NCBI RefSeq assembly: GCF_030694375.1
Contig: NZ_JAUXYL010000013.1
Location: 62,366 to 126,365, forward strand
From: Algoriphagus sp.
GTDB lineage: Bacteria; Bacteroidota; Bacteroidia; Cytophagales; Cyclobacteriaceae
Direction of reading: 5' to 3'
DNA length: 64,000 nt
Under the pieces are notes generated by a model. It made no database searches. It was not told the DNA's origin and saw only the letters and a program-made list of their open reading frames with translations. Each line of letters starts with the position of its first letter. Positions within the stretch are counted from its first letter, which is position 1. Shown here piece after piece: positions 18,878 through 29,208 of this stretch. The position numbers and the translations under genes were made by a program.

Positions 18878-20008
18878 TTAAAAAGCTTCCCCGATAAACA
18901 GGTAAAACCCTGATCCTTCCCGGGTAAATGCCACATCAAATCGGGTGTAGATGTCCTTTTTGGGGAAAAGTAGAAATCGTAAACCTCCTCCTGCCGACCA
19001 GACCATTTTATTGATTGATTCCAGCGATAATTCAGGAAACACGGTTCCGGATCCTGCAAATACAGCAGCTCCGATTCTTTTGGAAAATCCCAATGGCAGT
19101 GGCAGCATCCTGAATTCCAGCTGCGTGGCCAATTGGTTTCGATCTCTGAATCGCCCAAGATAATACCCCCGCATCATGCTGTCTCCACCCAAGAGAGATA
19201 AATGATTAAAGGGAACATTGCCTGAGTAAAACTGACCGATGGCCTGCCAGGCCAATACTCCATTTTTACCGACAGGTCTGAAAATCCGTGTATCCATCAA
19301 TACAGCTTTGAATCCATAGGAACTCAGCGCAGAGGAATAGTTGAGAAAGGCCAGTTCTGCAAAGTGCCCGTTTCGCACATTCAGGACGTTGTGCCGATCA
19401 TCATAGACCATCCCTACCCCCAGGCCAAAATTAGTCGACCCCTCAGATCCTACAGGCAATGGAAAATCGAAAGCTTCACTGGATGGGATAAAATCAACGT
19501 TGGCCATCCGCTGAAAATCCGCCTCTACACCGAAATAAAGATTGGGGCGAAGTTCCCGAAGCACCCGCTCTTTGATCAGGATCTGATTGGCTTCTACCAA
19601 GGCCAGGTAATCCCTAGGCGAATCAATCCCGATCCCGTGATACTTCAATGGAAAACTTTGAAATCGCAGCCTCCCCAAAAAAAACCATTTATCTTGGTCA
19701 GAATAGATCGCATGGTCAAACCAAAAACCATATTGGCTTTGCAGCGTGAAAAAGGTAAATCCACTGATTTCACTGAGCCTATTGGTTGTGTCACGCTTGG
19801 CATAATACACCAAAAGCGAAGACAACCCTAATTCCCAGCTCGTCTCCGGTGCATAAGCCACTGTAGGGTACACCAAAAATTGCGGCTTGCTGATATCGGT
19901 GGTATCATTGATAAGATTGTCAAAATACCTTCTGAATAAACTTTGAGAAATCGCCAGACCTGATTGAAGCCCAAAAATCAGGATGAATATTAATTTCTTA
20001 GACGACAT
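18878..20008 (-). CDS. BamA/TamA (Omp85)-family outer-membrane beta-barrel protein without POTRA domains
   Basis: YPTVAYAPETSW, VYDDRHNVLN, LLGGDSMMRGYYLGRFRD (VRGY-like loop) and terminal LFIGEAF. ATG 20008 (MSSKKLIFILIFG) gives a signal peptide. Confidence 0.82.
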   Translation of the reverse strand: MSSKKLIFILIFGLQSGLAISQSLFRRYFDNLINDTTDISKPQFLVYPTVAYAPETSWELGLSSLLVYYAKRDTTNRLSEISGFTFFTLQSQYGFWFDHAIYSDQDKWFFLGRLRFQSFPLKYHGIGIDSPRDYLALVEANQILIKERVLRELRPNLYFGVEADFQRMANVDFIPSSEAFDFPLPVGSEGSTNFGLGVGMVYDDRHNVLNVRNGHFAELAFLNYSSALSSYGFKAVLMDTRIFRPVGKNGVLAWQAIGQFYSGNVPFNHLSLLGGDSMMRGYYLGRFRDRNQLATQLEFRMLPLPLGFSKRIGAAVFAGSGTVFPELSLESINKMVWSAGGGLRFLLFPKKDIYTRFDVAFTREGSGFYLFIGEAF

Positions 20009-20598
20009 GTTATTTTTTAAACGAATAAATTGTAGATAGTTTGACAAATCTCGACTTTTCTGCAAAATATCTAACACAACCTTTTACTGCTTTTAAGAAG
20101 TGGTTGTGACAAATAGTATGGATTGTTCGGATTTGCCTGATGAAATTCACACCGAAATGGTTTGGAATTGCCCCCCCTTCATTTGAATATTTTGTGGAGT
20201 TTTCTTGCTCTTTTGATCTTTAATTGTCAAATCATAAATTCCGAAAAATACACTGAATTCTAATTGACCAATGGCTATTCAAAAAGCAATGCCAATGGGG
20301 CGATTGAATTTAATCCAAACATGGGAGCTTGACTTTTTCAAGTTAAATCAATGCCTATGATTTTCTTTTTGTTTTACAATACGAAAAAAAAATTGTGCCC
20401 GGTTAAAACAAACGGGGATGGATAAAAAGAAAGTTTTGGACAAGACACAGACTTTTGTCAGATGATTTAAGCCACAGATTCCAGCACATAAAGGTAGCCT
20501 CAAACTAGCTTAGGCATGTGAAGTGTCCAAAAAATGAAGATTTATTCAAATATTAACCAAAATCAATTTTCAGATCTGATTAACACACTGTCAAATCA

Positions 20599-20880
20599 CT
20601 AATCATTTGACAGTGTTATTGTTATTTCTGAGCTTATTATGAGCCTCTTGTTCTTTGCTTCGGCCTCGCTTAGTATCTTTTCTAACTTAACAAGCTCTTT
20701 TTTTAAGGCAGGAATCCTTTTTTTTGCCGTTGGATCTTCTTTTCCAAATCGCTCTTTGTAACTAAAATTATTTCTTTGATGAAAATTAATCTTAGTGTAA
20801 AATACGTTGAATAAAATTTCTTTGGCTTCCCGGAATGGAAATTCACCTTCAATCAGTTTAAGTTTCTTTGCTTTACTCAT
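20599..20880 (-). CDS. Small hypothetical protein downstream of icd
   Basis: 93-aa ORF with ATG in an A-rich context, co-oriented with icd; no recognisable motif. Confidence 0.6.
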   Translation of the reverse strand: MSKAKKLKLIEGEFPFREAKEILFNVFYTKINFHQRNNFSYKERFGKEDPTAKKRIPALKKELVKLEKILSEAEAKNKRLIISSEITITLSND

Positions 20881-21033
20881 AGTTTGGTACTTTTAAAATA
20901 ATGAAAATTTGAAAGTTGGAGATCGTGTTTTAGTTGTTGAAACAGCCTATTCGGTAAGTTTCTGTATATCCGCTTTTTTTACCATCGATTCGCCCGCTTT
21001 ATCAGGTTTAGGATTCATGAGTTTCAGCATTAC

Positions 21034-22470
21034 TTATTGACCTTGCCCCAATGAGTATCCTGGCTTTCCATCAAAAGAATAAAGATTCTCAGTTTTAATG
21101 GTATCTATATTATGTTTAAGTCCATTTACCAAGAGGTCAATAATATTTTGCTTTTCGATTTTATTTCCTGATTCATGTTGGAATCTGCAGCGCCAATGAT
21201 CAGTGCAAAAAGTTTCATTGAAGCCATCGGGCCAAACTTTTATCCCCCGGTTGGTGATCATGGCTAGTTTGATTCCATCGCTTTCCACAAGTTGAAGTCG
21301 CTTTGCCAGTTCATTGGCATCAGTCCCATTCCAATGCACAAAAATATCCACTCCAACCAACTCCTTTAAAGCTGCTGGTTTCCTTTTATATTTTGGTAAT
21401 TGTAGTGCTGAGGTGTTATTCTGATTGGCAGGTTTTAGTAGTGTCGGCCTTTTTCCCAAATTTCCAATTACTGCTTTTGCAAATTCTTTGGTACTAACCT
21501 TTTGCTTGCTGGTTTCATTATTAAAAATATCAAATGTATGAATACCCTCTTCCATGGTTTTCAGCCATGCATTCTGCACTTTTGCAGCTACCTCGGTTTC
21601 CCCGATATGATTCAGCATCATGATGGCACCATTCAACAACCCGGAGGGATTGGCAATATTTTGCCCCGCAATCAAAGGAGCTGAACCATGAATTGCTTCA
21701 AACATTGCACATACCTCCCCGATATTTGCTGATCCTGCCAATCCTACCGAACCTGTAATTTGAGCTGCCACATCAGACAAAACATCCCCATAGAGATTGG
21801 GCATTACGATCACATCAAAGAGTTCAGGAGTGTCTGCCATTTTAGCAGCACCAATATCTATAATCCAATGTTCGTTTTCGATTTCAGGATACTCTTTGGC
21901 GATTTCGTCAAACACCTTATGAAACAAGCCATCTGTTTGTTTCATAATATTATCCTTGGTAAAACAGGTTACTTTTTTTCTTCCTTGTTGCCTCGCAAAC
22001 TCAAAAGCATACCGCACAATTTTTTCACTTCCCGGCCGGCTGATTAATTTCAAACACTGCACTACCTCGTCTGTCTGCTGGTGTTCGATACCTGCATATA
22101 AATCTTCTTCATTCTCTCGAACGATCACCAAGTCCATGATAGGGTGCTTGGTTTTGACAAAGGGATGCAAACTCATGCAGGGTCGAACATTGGAATAAAG
22201 CCCTAAAAATTTTCGAATACTGACATTTAGACTTTTGTAGCCTCCACCCTGAGGAGTGGTGATGGGAGCCTTTAGAAAAATTTTATTCTTACGGATAATG
22301 TCCCAAGACTCCTTGGCGATACCTGATGGATTTCCGGCTAGGTAAACTTTTTCTCCTACCTCTATTTCCTCAATCGCTATGTTGGCCCCTGCAGCCAAAA
22401 TAATCTCTAGCGTTGCATCCATGATTTCAGGACCAATTCCATCTCCCTTTGCTATGGTGATTTTCTTCAT
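21034..22470 (-). CDS. icd: NADP-dependent isocitrate dehydrogenase (IDH/IPMDH family with C-terminal extension)
   Basis: KITIAKGDGIGPEIM, LKAPITTPQGGGYKSLN, VRENEEDLY, KDNIMK, PNLYGDVLSD and FEAIHGSAP. Start placed at ATG 22470. Confidence 0.93.
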   Translation of the reverse strand: MKKITIAKGDGIGPEIMDATLEIILAAGANIAIEEIEVGEKVYLAGNPSGIAKESWDIIRKNKIFLKAPITTPQGGGYKSLNVSIRKFLGLYSNVRPCMSLHPFVKTKHPIMDLVIVRENEEDLYAGIEHQQTDEVVQCLKLISRPGSEKIVRYAFEFARQQGRKKVTCFTKDNIMKQTDGLFHKVFDEIAKEYPEIENEHWIIDIGAAKMADTPELFDVIVMPNLYGDVLSDVAAQITGSVGLAGSANIGEVCAMFEAIHGSAPLIAGQNIANPSGLLNGAIMMLNHIGETEVAAKVQNAWLKTMEEGIHTFDIFNNETSKQKVSTKEFAKAVIGNLGKRPTLLKPANQNNTSALQLPKYKRKPAALKELVGVDIFVHWNGTDANELAKRLQLVESDGIKLAMITNRGIKVWPDGFNETFCTDHWRCRFQHESGNKIEKQNIIDLLVNGLKHNIDTIKTENLYSFDGKPGYSLGQGQ

Positions 22471-22548
22471 TCTTGCCTTGTTGATTAACAATGGCACAAA
22501 AGTGGTTTTCGGAAGTCATAAATTTTCATTTATATTTACAATATTTCA

Positions 22549-22565
22549 CATAAATCAATTTTATG
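22549..22565. promoter_or_regulatory. Putative LysR (T-N11-A) binding site between icd and the divergent LysR gene
   Basis: CATAAA-TCAAT-TTTATG palindrome containing T-N11-A and overlapping the LysR start codon. Confidence 0.45.
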
Positions 22566-23486
22566 AATTACACTATAAATCAACTGCGCATTTTTCTGAA
22601 AATCACACAGACACAAAGTGTAACCAAGGCCTCTGAGGAATTACACCTCACTCAACCTGCGGTATCCATTCAATTGAAAAATTTTCAGGATCAGTTTGAG
22701 ATTCCATTAACTGAAATAATCGGAAGGAAAATTTTCATCACAGATTTCGGAAGAGAAATAGCTGTGACCGCGGAAAATATTTTAAATCAGATCTACGAAA
22801 TAAATTATAAAACGCTAGCGCATAAAGGCTTGCTGACTGGACGACTCAAAATATCAGTCGTATCAACCGGAAAATATGTTATGCCTTATTTTTTATCAGA
22901 TTTTTTAAGAGAACATGATGGAATTGAATTGGTAATGGATGTGACCAATAAATCAAAGGTGATTCGGAGTTTGGAAAAAAATGAGGTTGATTTTTCTTTG
23001 GTTTCAGTGTTGCCGGAAAACCTTCAAATAGAGAAAACTGAATTGATGCAGAACAAATTGTACGTGATCGGCAATACCAATCAACAATTCAATGATAAGA
23101 TCTATGACAAAAGCATCTTGGAAGAGCTACCCTTAATCTACCGCGAGCCGGGATCCGGAACCCGGCAGACTATGGAAAAATTTATTCGCGAAAATAAGCT
23201 GCCTGTCAAAAAGAAGATGGAACTCACCTCCAATGAGGCTGTAAAACAATCGGTGATTGCGGGTTTGGGATGCTCGATTATGCCTTTGATCGGAATAAAA
23301 AACGAATTACAAAATGGTCAACTGCAGATCATCCCTGTGAAAGAATTCCCAATCAAATCTGTTTGGAATCTGATCTGGCTAAAAGGAAAAAACCACTCCC
23401 CCGTTGCCTTAGCTTTTCTGGATTACTTGAAAAATGAAAAGGAAAACATCATCAAAGCCAAATTTGATTGGTTTGAGCGTTATTGA
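22563..23486 (+). CDS. LysR family regulator (CbbR/CmpR-like)
   Basis: YTINQLRIF...SVTKASEELHLTQPAVSIQLKNF HTH. GRLKISVVSTGKY, REPGSGTR and SNEAVKQSVIAGLG are typical of the CbbR group. Confidence 0.92.
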   Translation: MNYTINQLRIFLKITQTQSVTKASEELHLTQPAVSIQLKNFQDQFEIPLTEIIGRKIFITDFGREIAVTAENILNQIYEINYKTLAHKGLLTGRLKISVVSTGKYVMPYFLSDFLREHDGIELVMDVTNKSKVIRSLEKNEVDFSLVSVLPENLQIEKTELMQNKLYVIGNTNQQFNDKIYDKSILEELPLIYREPGSGTRQTMEKFIRENKLPVKKKMELTSNEAVKQSVIAGLGCSIMPLIGIKNELQNGQLQIIPVKEFPIKSVWNLIWLKGKNHSPVALAFLDYLKNEKENIIKAKFDWFERY

Positions 23487-23598
23487 GAATTATAATTGAT
23501 CGTTTCCAAGAGAGTACATAGACTTAAACACAGAGCCTAAGTATTCTATGATTTTTACTTAGAAAAATCAATATAAATTTGATTTTAGATTTTTTAAA

Positions 23599-23614
23599 TA
23601 CGTATATTTACTTA
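23599..23614. promoter_or_regulatory. Nitrate-cluster palindrome TACGTA-N4-TACTTA upstream of nirB
   Basis: Same 6-4-6 motif at 29973, 36537 and 40235. It overlaps a TACTTTTG -7 element (23613-23620). Confidence 0.7.
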
Positions 23615-23637
23615 CTTTTGAATTAAAATACGTAGCA

Positions 23638-26148
23638 ATGGAACGGATAATCTTAGTCGGAAATGGAATGGTGGGATACAAGTTTTGCGAAAAACTCATC
23701 GCCCACCCCAACAGAAATCAGTTTGACATTCTTGTCTTTGGAGAAGAAGTCAGACCCGCTTATGACCGCGTACACCTAAGTGAATATTTCTCGCTGGAAT
23801 CTCCAGATGACTTGCTTTTGGCACCGCTCAACTGGTATCAGGAGAATAACATCACGCTAAGAACTTCTGAGCTTATCTCTTGGATAGATACCGAAAACAA
23901 GAAAGTCTTCAGCCACAAAGACGAATCCTTTGACTACGATTACCTGGTTTTATCGACCGGGTCTTCCCCTTTCATCCCCCCTATCAAAGGAGTTGAAAAA
24001 GAAGGCATTTTCATCTACCGCACTATCGAGGATTTGGAAGCCATTCAGAATTATGCAGATAAACTCAAGTCAAAAGGCCGATTTCAGTCTGCCGTTTTGG
24101 GAGGAGGACTTTTGGGATTAGAGGCTGCTAATGCCAGTAAGGAATTGGGAATGACTACGCATGTGATCGAGTTTGCACCCAAGTTAATGCCAAGACAATT
24201 GGATCAGACGGCTTCAGACTTGCTCCAGTCCAAGATTGAAAGTCTGGGAATGAAAATTCATTTGGGCAAAAACTCAAAAGAAATAATCGGTGAAAGTGAA
24301 ATTGAGGCCATCGCGTTCACTGACGGCAGCTCGCTGCCGATCGACATGATTATCATTTCTGCAGGCATCAGGCCACGGGATGAAGTCGCCAAAAGCTCGG
24401 GGATTGCAGTCGGTCCAAGGGGAGGAATCCTGGTCAATAATAAAATGGAAACTTCTGTTCCAGGCATATATGCCATTGGCGAAGTGGCTCTTTACAATCA
24501 AAACATCTACGGCCTAGTCGCTCCGGGATATGAAATGGCTGGGGTTGCATTGGATCAAATCATGGGCGGAACCAAACTCATGAGTCCTTCGATCGATATG
24601 TCCACCCAACTGAAACTGGTGGGTACGGAAGTGGCATCTTTCGGTGATCCATTCTTGGAAAACGATGACACAGTAGTCATCCGCTATGAAAACAAACAGC
24701 GGGGAGTCTATAAAAGAATCAATATCAGCAAGGATGGCATCAGGCTATTGGGAGGCATACTTGTGGGTGATTCCTCGGATTACAATACGCTTTTTCAGCT
24801 TTATCTCAACGAAATGAAGCTTCCCGAAAACGCGGAAGATCTTATCCTCGGACAGCGGGGTACCGAATCCAAAAGTCTTTTGGGATCTGTACTCGATCTG
24901 CCGGCTACTGCCCAAATCTGCTCCTGTGAATCCGTGTCAAAAGGTGCCATCTGTGATGCCATCCAAAACGGAACATGTCAAGACCTTAAAGGAGTGATCA
25001 AGCAAACCAAAGCTTCCACCTGTTGCGGCGGTTGTAAACCGATGGTTGCGGACCTTGTCAAAGAAACCTTAAAATCATTAGGGAAAGAAGTCAAAGAAAC
25101 CATTTGCGAGCACTTCCACTACACAAGGCAGGAGCTTTATGATTTGGTCAAAATAAACCGCATCGCAGGTTATGATGATGCGCTCGATCAATTGGGCAAA
25201 GGCCATGGTTGCGAAGTCTGTAAGCCGGTAATGGCCTCGATTTTCGCCAGCATATTTATGGAAACTGCCAACAAGCAAATCGCAATTCAGGATTCCAACG
25301 ATAGATTTCTCGCCAACATCCAGCGAAACGGCACCTATTCCGTAGTTCCAAGAGTGCCTGGAGGAGAAATCACGCCAGAAAAACTGGTCGTTCTGGGTGA
25401 GGTTGCTAAAAAATATGACCTCTACACCAAGATCACCGGAGGACAACGAATAGACCTTTTCGGCGCGCAATTGAATGAATTACCCATGATATGGAAAGAA
25501 CTCATCGATGCCGGATTTGAGAGCGGACATGCCTATGGCAAGTCATTAAGAACTGTCAAAAGCTGCGTGGGATCGACCTGGTGCCGCTTTGGAATGCATG
25601 ACAGCGTAAGCTTTGCGATCCGAATCGAGGAGCGCTACAAAGGCCTCCGCTCACCACACAAACTGAAAGGCGGAGTCTCAGGCTGCATTCGAGAGTGCGC
25701 AGAAGCACGAGGCAAGGACTTCGGTGTGATTGCAGTTGAAGGAGGCTGGAACCTCTATGTCTGCGGAAACGGCGGAGCTAATCCGAAGCACGCCATTCTC
25801 CTAGCCTCCCAACTGGACGATGACACCTGCATTAAATTCCTGGACCGCTTTCTCATCTATTACATCCGAACTGCAGGGCCACTGATCAGAACCTCCACCT
25901 GGCTTGAAAAACTGGAAGGTGGAATCGAATACCTCAAAAAAGTAGTCGTAGATGACTGTCTCGGAATGGCGGAAGAATTTGAAAGAGAAATGGATGGACT
26001 GGTTGAAAAATATACCTGCGAATGGAAAGAGGCAATCGAAAACCCTGAAACCCTAAAAAGATTCAAGCCATTTGTCAACACCGAGGAGTCGGATGACCAA
26101 TTGGTCTTTGTGCCGCTTCGTGAACAAAAAATGCCCAGACCCTGGTAA
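23638..26148 (+). CDS. nirB: NADH-dependent nitrite reductase large subunit
   Basis: FAD fold ([23 protein letters not shown]), BFD-like clusters (CSCESV, CCGGC, CEHF, CEVCK), siroheme/[4Fe-4S] motifs KSCVGSTWCRFG and SGCIRECAE. Confidence 0.96.
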   Translation: MERIILVGNGMVGYKFCEKLIAHPNRNQFDILVFGEEVRPAYDRVHLSEYFSLESPDDLLLAPLNWYQENNITLRTSELISWIDTENKKVFSHKDESFDYDYLVLSTGSSPFIPPIKGVEKEGIFIYRTIEDLEAIQNYADKLKSKGRFQSAVLGGGLLGLEAANASKELGMTTHVIEFAPKLMPRQLDQTASDLLQSKIESLGMKIHLGKNSKEIIGESEIEAIAFTDGSSLPIDMIIISAGIRPRDEVAKSSGIAVGPRGGILVNNKMETSVPGIYAIGEVALYNQNIYGLVAPGYEMAGVALDQIMGGTKLMSPSIDMSTQLKLVGTEVASFGDPFLENDDTVVIRYENKQRGVYKRINISKDGIRLLGGILVGDSSDYNTLFQLYLNEMKLPENAEDLILGQRGTESKSLLGSVLDLPATAQICSCESVSKGAICDAIQNGTCQDLKGVIKQTKASTCCGGCKPMVADLVKETLKSLGKEVKETICEHFHYTRQELYDLVKINRIAGYDDALDQLGKGHGCEVCKPVMASIFASIFMETANKQIAIQDSNDRFLANIQRNGTYSVVPRVPGGEITPEKLVVLGEVAKKYDLYTKITGGQRIDLFGAQLNELPMIWKELIDAGFESGHAYGKSLRTVKSCVGSTWCRFGMHDSVSFAIRIEERYKGLRSPHKLKGGVSGCIRECAEARGKDFGVIAVEGGWNLYVCGNGGANPKHAILLASQLDDDTCIKFLDRFLIYYIRTAGPLIRTSTWLEKLEGGIEYLKKVVVDDCLGMAEEFEREMDGLVEKYTCEWKEAIENPETLKRFKPFVNTEESDDQLVFVPLREQKMPRPW

Positions 26149-26166
26149 TCCTTAACGCTTGAAACC

Positions 26167-26544
26167 ATGGAAGAGATCGTAAGTTTATATCAAACCGTTA
26201 AGCCAGCCGAGGTAAATTCCTGGGTAAAAGTGGGACTTATACATGACTTTCCCGAAAATGCCGGAGCCTGTATCAAGTATAAGTCCAGGCAGATTGCAGT
26301 ATATCATTTTACCCGAACCCAAAAATGGTATGCCTGCCAAAATCTTTGCCCGCATAAAATGGAAATGGTCTTGTCAAGAGGTCTGATTGGAGATGCAGAA
26401 GGCATCCCAAAACTGGCCTGTCCCATGCATAAAAAAACCTTTTCGCTCGAAGATGGCTCAAATCTGAACGGTGAGGAATACAGCATAGCCACCTATCCGG
26501 TCAAAATTGAGGAGGGAAATGTCTATATTGGATTTGTCGAATAA
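26167..26544 (+). CDS. nirD: Nitrite reductase small subunit (Rieske-like)
   Basis: NLCPHKMEMVLSRGLIG...ACPMHKKTFSL; directly downstream of nirB. Confidence 0.94.
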   Translation: MEEIVSLYQTVKPAEVNSWVKVGLIHDFPENAGACIKYKSRQIAVYHFTRTQKWYACQNLCPHKMEMVLSRGLIGDAEGIPKLACPMHKKTFSLEDGSNLNGEEYSIATYPVKIEEGNVYIGFVE

Positions 26545-26553
26545 TCACTTTCA

Positions 26554-27144
26554 ATGACCCGTTTTGAAAAGGCCATCCAGTTGATCGATCAAATCAACGC
26601 CGAAGATCCAACTCTTGAAACATGGAAAGGCAAAGGCTTTCCCAAAGAATTGCTCTATTCCCATCGAATGACTAAGAAACTGGGAGAATTCGCTCCAGAC
26701 GCGGCTGAGCACCTGAAAATTGCCGCCCGTGCCCAACATATTGCCAGGTGGAAAATCCAGCGGTCAGCCTATCCCATGGATCGCACCGGCTATCTGACTT
26801 GGCGTGAAGAACTAAAAAAATTCCATGCTGAACTTGCAAGCGAAATCCTGTCACAGGTAGGATATGAGGAAGAGATTATCTCCAAAGTCAAATTCCTCAT
26901 TCGTAAAAAGCAACTCAAAACCGATTTCGAAACGCAGATCTTGGAAGATGTGGTTTGCCTAGTCTTTTTGGAATATTACTTTGAGGAATTTGCCGAGAAG
27001 CACGAATCCGAAAAGATCAAGGATATCCTTAAAAAAACCTGGAACAAAATGTCCGACAATGGCCATAAAGCTGCCTTACAACTCAATTTTTCACCCCAAA
27101 GTCTTCGCCTGATTCAGGAAGCACTTTTCGAATCCAATGACTGA
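26554..27144 (+). CDS. DUF4202 domain protein
   Basis: NAEDP, ELLYSHRM, AARAQHIARW, LEDVVCLVFLE and KTWNKMS motifs; usual neighbour of nirBD. Confidence 0.85.
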   Translation: MTRFEKAIQLIDQINAEDPTLETWKGKGFPKELLYSHRMTKKLGEFAPDAAEHLKIAARAQHIARWKIQRSAYPMDRTGYLTWREELKKFHAELASEILSQVGYEEEIISKVKFLIRKKQLKTDFETQILEDVVCLVFLEYYFEEFAEKHESEKIKDILKKTWNKMSDNGHKAALQLNFSPQSLRLIQEALFESND

Positions 27145-28942
27145 GAAGACCAATTCACTCGATCAGGACACTTTCACTCGGCTCAAGCGACTCTATCTCA
27201 TCGCGCTTGGAGCGATTGCCATTTCCCTGATCACCAGCCAAATTTTGATCCGGCAGTACTTAGCCGATCAGGAAGACGACAGCCGCTTAGTCAATGTTGC
27301 AGGCCGTCAGCGGATGCTTAGCCAAAAACTCAGCAAAGAAGCCTTAATTCTATCCCTTAGCCCAGCTGACTTTGAGCGAAAGGCAATGGAAGACACACTT
27401 TTGGCAACAAAAACAGCTTGGGAAACAGCTCATCTGGCACTTCAGTTTGGAGATAAAAAGCTGGGACTTAACCCGGGAAACAGCCCGGAAATCATGAAAA
27501 TGTTTGAAGGAATTCAAGCTTCGTTCGATACAATCGTCATCAACACCAATTCCCTGATTCAGCTTTCGAGAGCCAATTCTGACTCGCTGCATCTCAATCT
27601 TCCAGTGGCCAAAATCTTAGACAGTTCGAAGAAATTTCTTTCCAAAATGGAAGAAATCGTAAATCGCTATGACTTTGAGGCCAAGGAAAAAGTCGAAAGT
27701 CTTAAGCGCCTCGAGCTCATCATTACCCTATTTACCCTGCTGATCTTAGTAGCAGAGTTTTTTATCATCTTTTGGCCCTCGGCAAAAGCAATGCGAGCCA
27801 GCATCCATGAACTGATGGAGACGGAGAAAAAAGCAATAAAAATGGCCCAAGACGCAGATTTCCTAAGCCAGGCCAAGGAAAAATCAGTACGCGAACTCCG
27901 GGCATTGAGCCAGGCAATGGATCAAATTCTGCTTTTTGCCAGAATCTCTCCGGACGGCCACATTACCCATATCGGCGACCGTTTTGCCAAATTGCTCAAG
28001 TTTCAGAAGTTCAACCAAAATGCAAAGTTTTCCGAGGTGCTGACTGTACAGGAAAATGAGCAACTGACCATTGACCGTATTATCTCCGAAAACAAGAAAT
28101 CAGGTTGGCAGGGTGAACTGAAGGCAACCACACCCGGAGGGCAAGACCTCTGGCTCGACTTTTCCATGATTCCCTTTTTCTCGGGAGAAAAATCCGAACT
28201 GATCATTATCTGTCTGGATATCACCAAGCGAAAAGAAGCTCAATTGGAAGTGGCCCAACTGACCAAGGAGAGTTTTGAAGAAAAAATGCTACAACAAAAT
28301 GCGATCAGTCGTCAAATCATTGAAAATCAGGAAAACGAACAAAATCGAATCGCCAAAGACATTCACGATGGGATAGGTCAGATGCTGACCGGATTGAAGT
28401 ATTTGCTTGAAAGTGTGGATCTCAGCGAAGGCGAGAAGGCGCAGCTCAAACTCGAAAAACTCAAAGAACTGACCACAAACATCATCAAGGGAGTTCGAAC
28501 AGCCACCTTTAACCTCACCCCTCCCGAGCTCAAGGATTACGGAATCGTGCCGGCTTTGACTGAACTGACGCAGGAACTGAGCAAACTCACCGGCAAAGAC
28601 ATCATCCTGATGAACAAGTCCGACTTCAACCGAAGATTGGATTCTCTGGTAGAAATCAACCTCTACCGAATCACCCAAGAAGCCATCAACAATGCCATCA
28701 AATACGCAGAATCTACCCTGATTCTGGTGACCATTTCTCACAGTGAAAAAATCCTGAGCATCACCATCGATGACAATGGAAAGGGTTTTGACAAAAAATT
28801 GCTCAAACCAAAACCTGACAAAAACGGTGGAATGGGGCTCACATTTATGCAGGAACGAATCAAATACATCAACGGTCGACTATTCATCAATTCCTCCCCT
28901 CAAAAAGGAACCAAGGTCACGCTGAATATTCCTTTACAATAA
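27137..28942 (+). CDS. NarX-like nitrate-sensing histidine kinase (PilJ/NarX sensor domain, PAS, HisKA_3, HATPase)
   Basis: Two TM helices around VNVAGRQRMLSQ (P-box-like). ENEQNRIAKDIHDGIGQMLT (HisKA_3), LYRITQEAINNAIKY and DDNGKGF. Confidence 0.9.
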   Translation: MTEKTNSLDQDTFTRLKRLYLIALGAIAISLITSQILIRQYLADQEDDSRLVNVAGRQRMLSQKLSKEALILSLSPADFERKAMEDTLLATKTAWETAHLALQFGDKKLGLNPGNSPEIMKMFEGIQASFDTIVINTNSLIQLSRANSDSLHLNLPVAKILDSSKKFLSKMEEIVNRYDFEAKEKVESLKRLELIITLFTLLILVAEFFIIFWPSAKAMRASIHELMETEKKAIKMAQDADFLSQAKEKSVRELRALSQAMDQILLFARISPDGHITHIGDRFAKLLKFQKFNQNAKFSEVLTVQENEQLTIDRIISENKKSGWQGELKATTPGGQDLWLDFSMIPFFSGEKSELIIICLDITKRKEAQLEVAQLTKESFEEKMLQQNAISRQIIENQENEQNRIAKDIHDGIGQMLTGLKYLLESVDLSEGEKAQLKLEKLKELTTNIIKGVRTATFNLTPPELKDYGIVPALTELTQELSKLTGKDIILMNKSDFNRRLDSLVEINLYRITQEAINNAIKYAESTLILVTISHSEKILSITIDDNGKGFDKKLLKPKPDKNGGMGLTFMQERIKYINGRLFINSSPQKGTKVTLNIPLQ

Positions 28943-29208
28943 TTACAACTTCTAGGATTTTTCACCACAGAGAATGAGGCTTTTTTACAGTGATATTTCA
29001 AAAACTTCATTCCGGATTACTAGGACTGAGTTCTTATCAGTACACAGAAAAGCTGAAGCTTTTGTTGCCACTTACCGCTTACTTTTCACCACTTACCTAT
29101 TGGCTCCCTCACTTCACAAAACAACCATTCGAAGGAAGGAAAATGTAAATTTTCCAGATGGGATTACGTAAAAACCCTTTACTTTACTACGTAATAACTT
29201 TAGAAACA

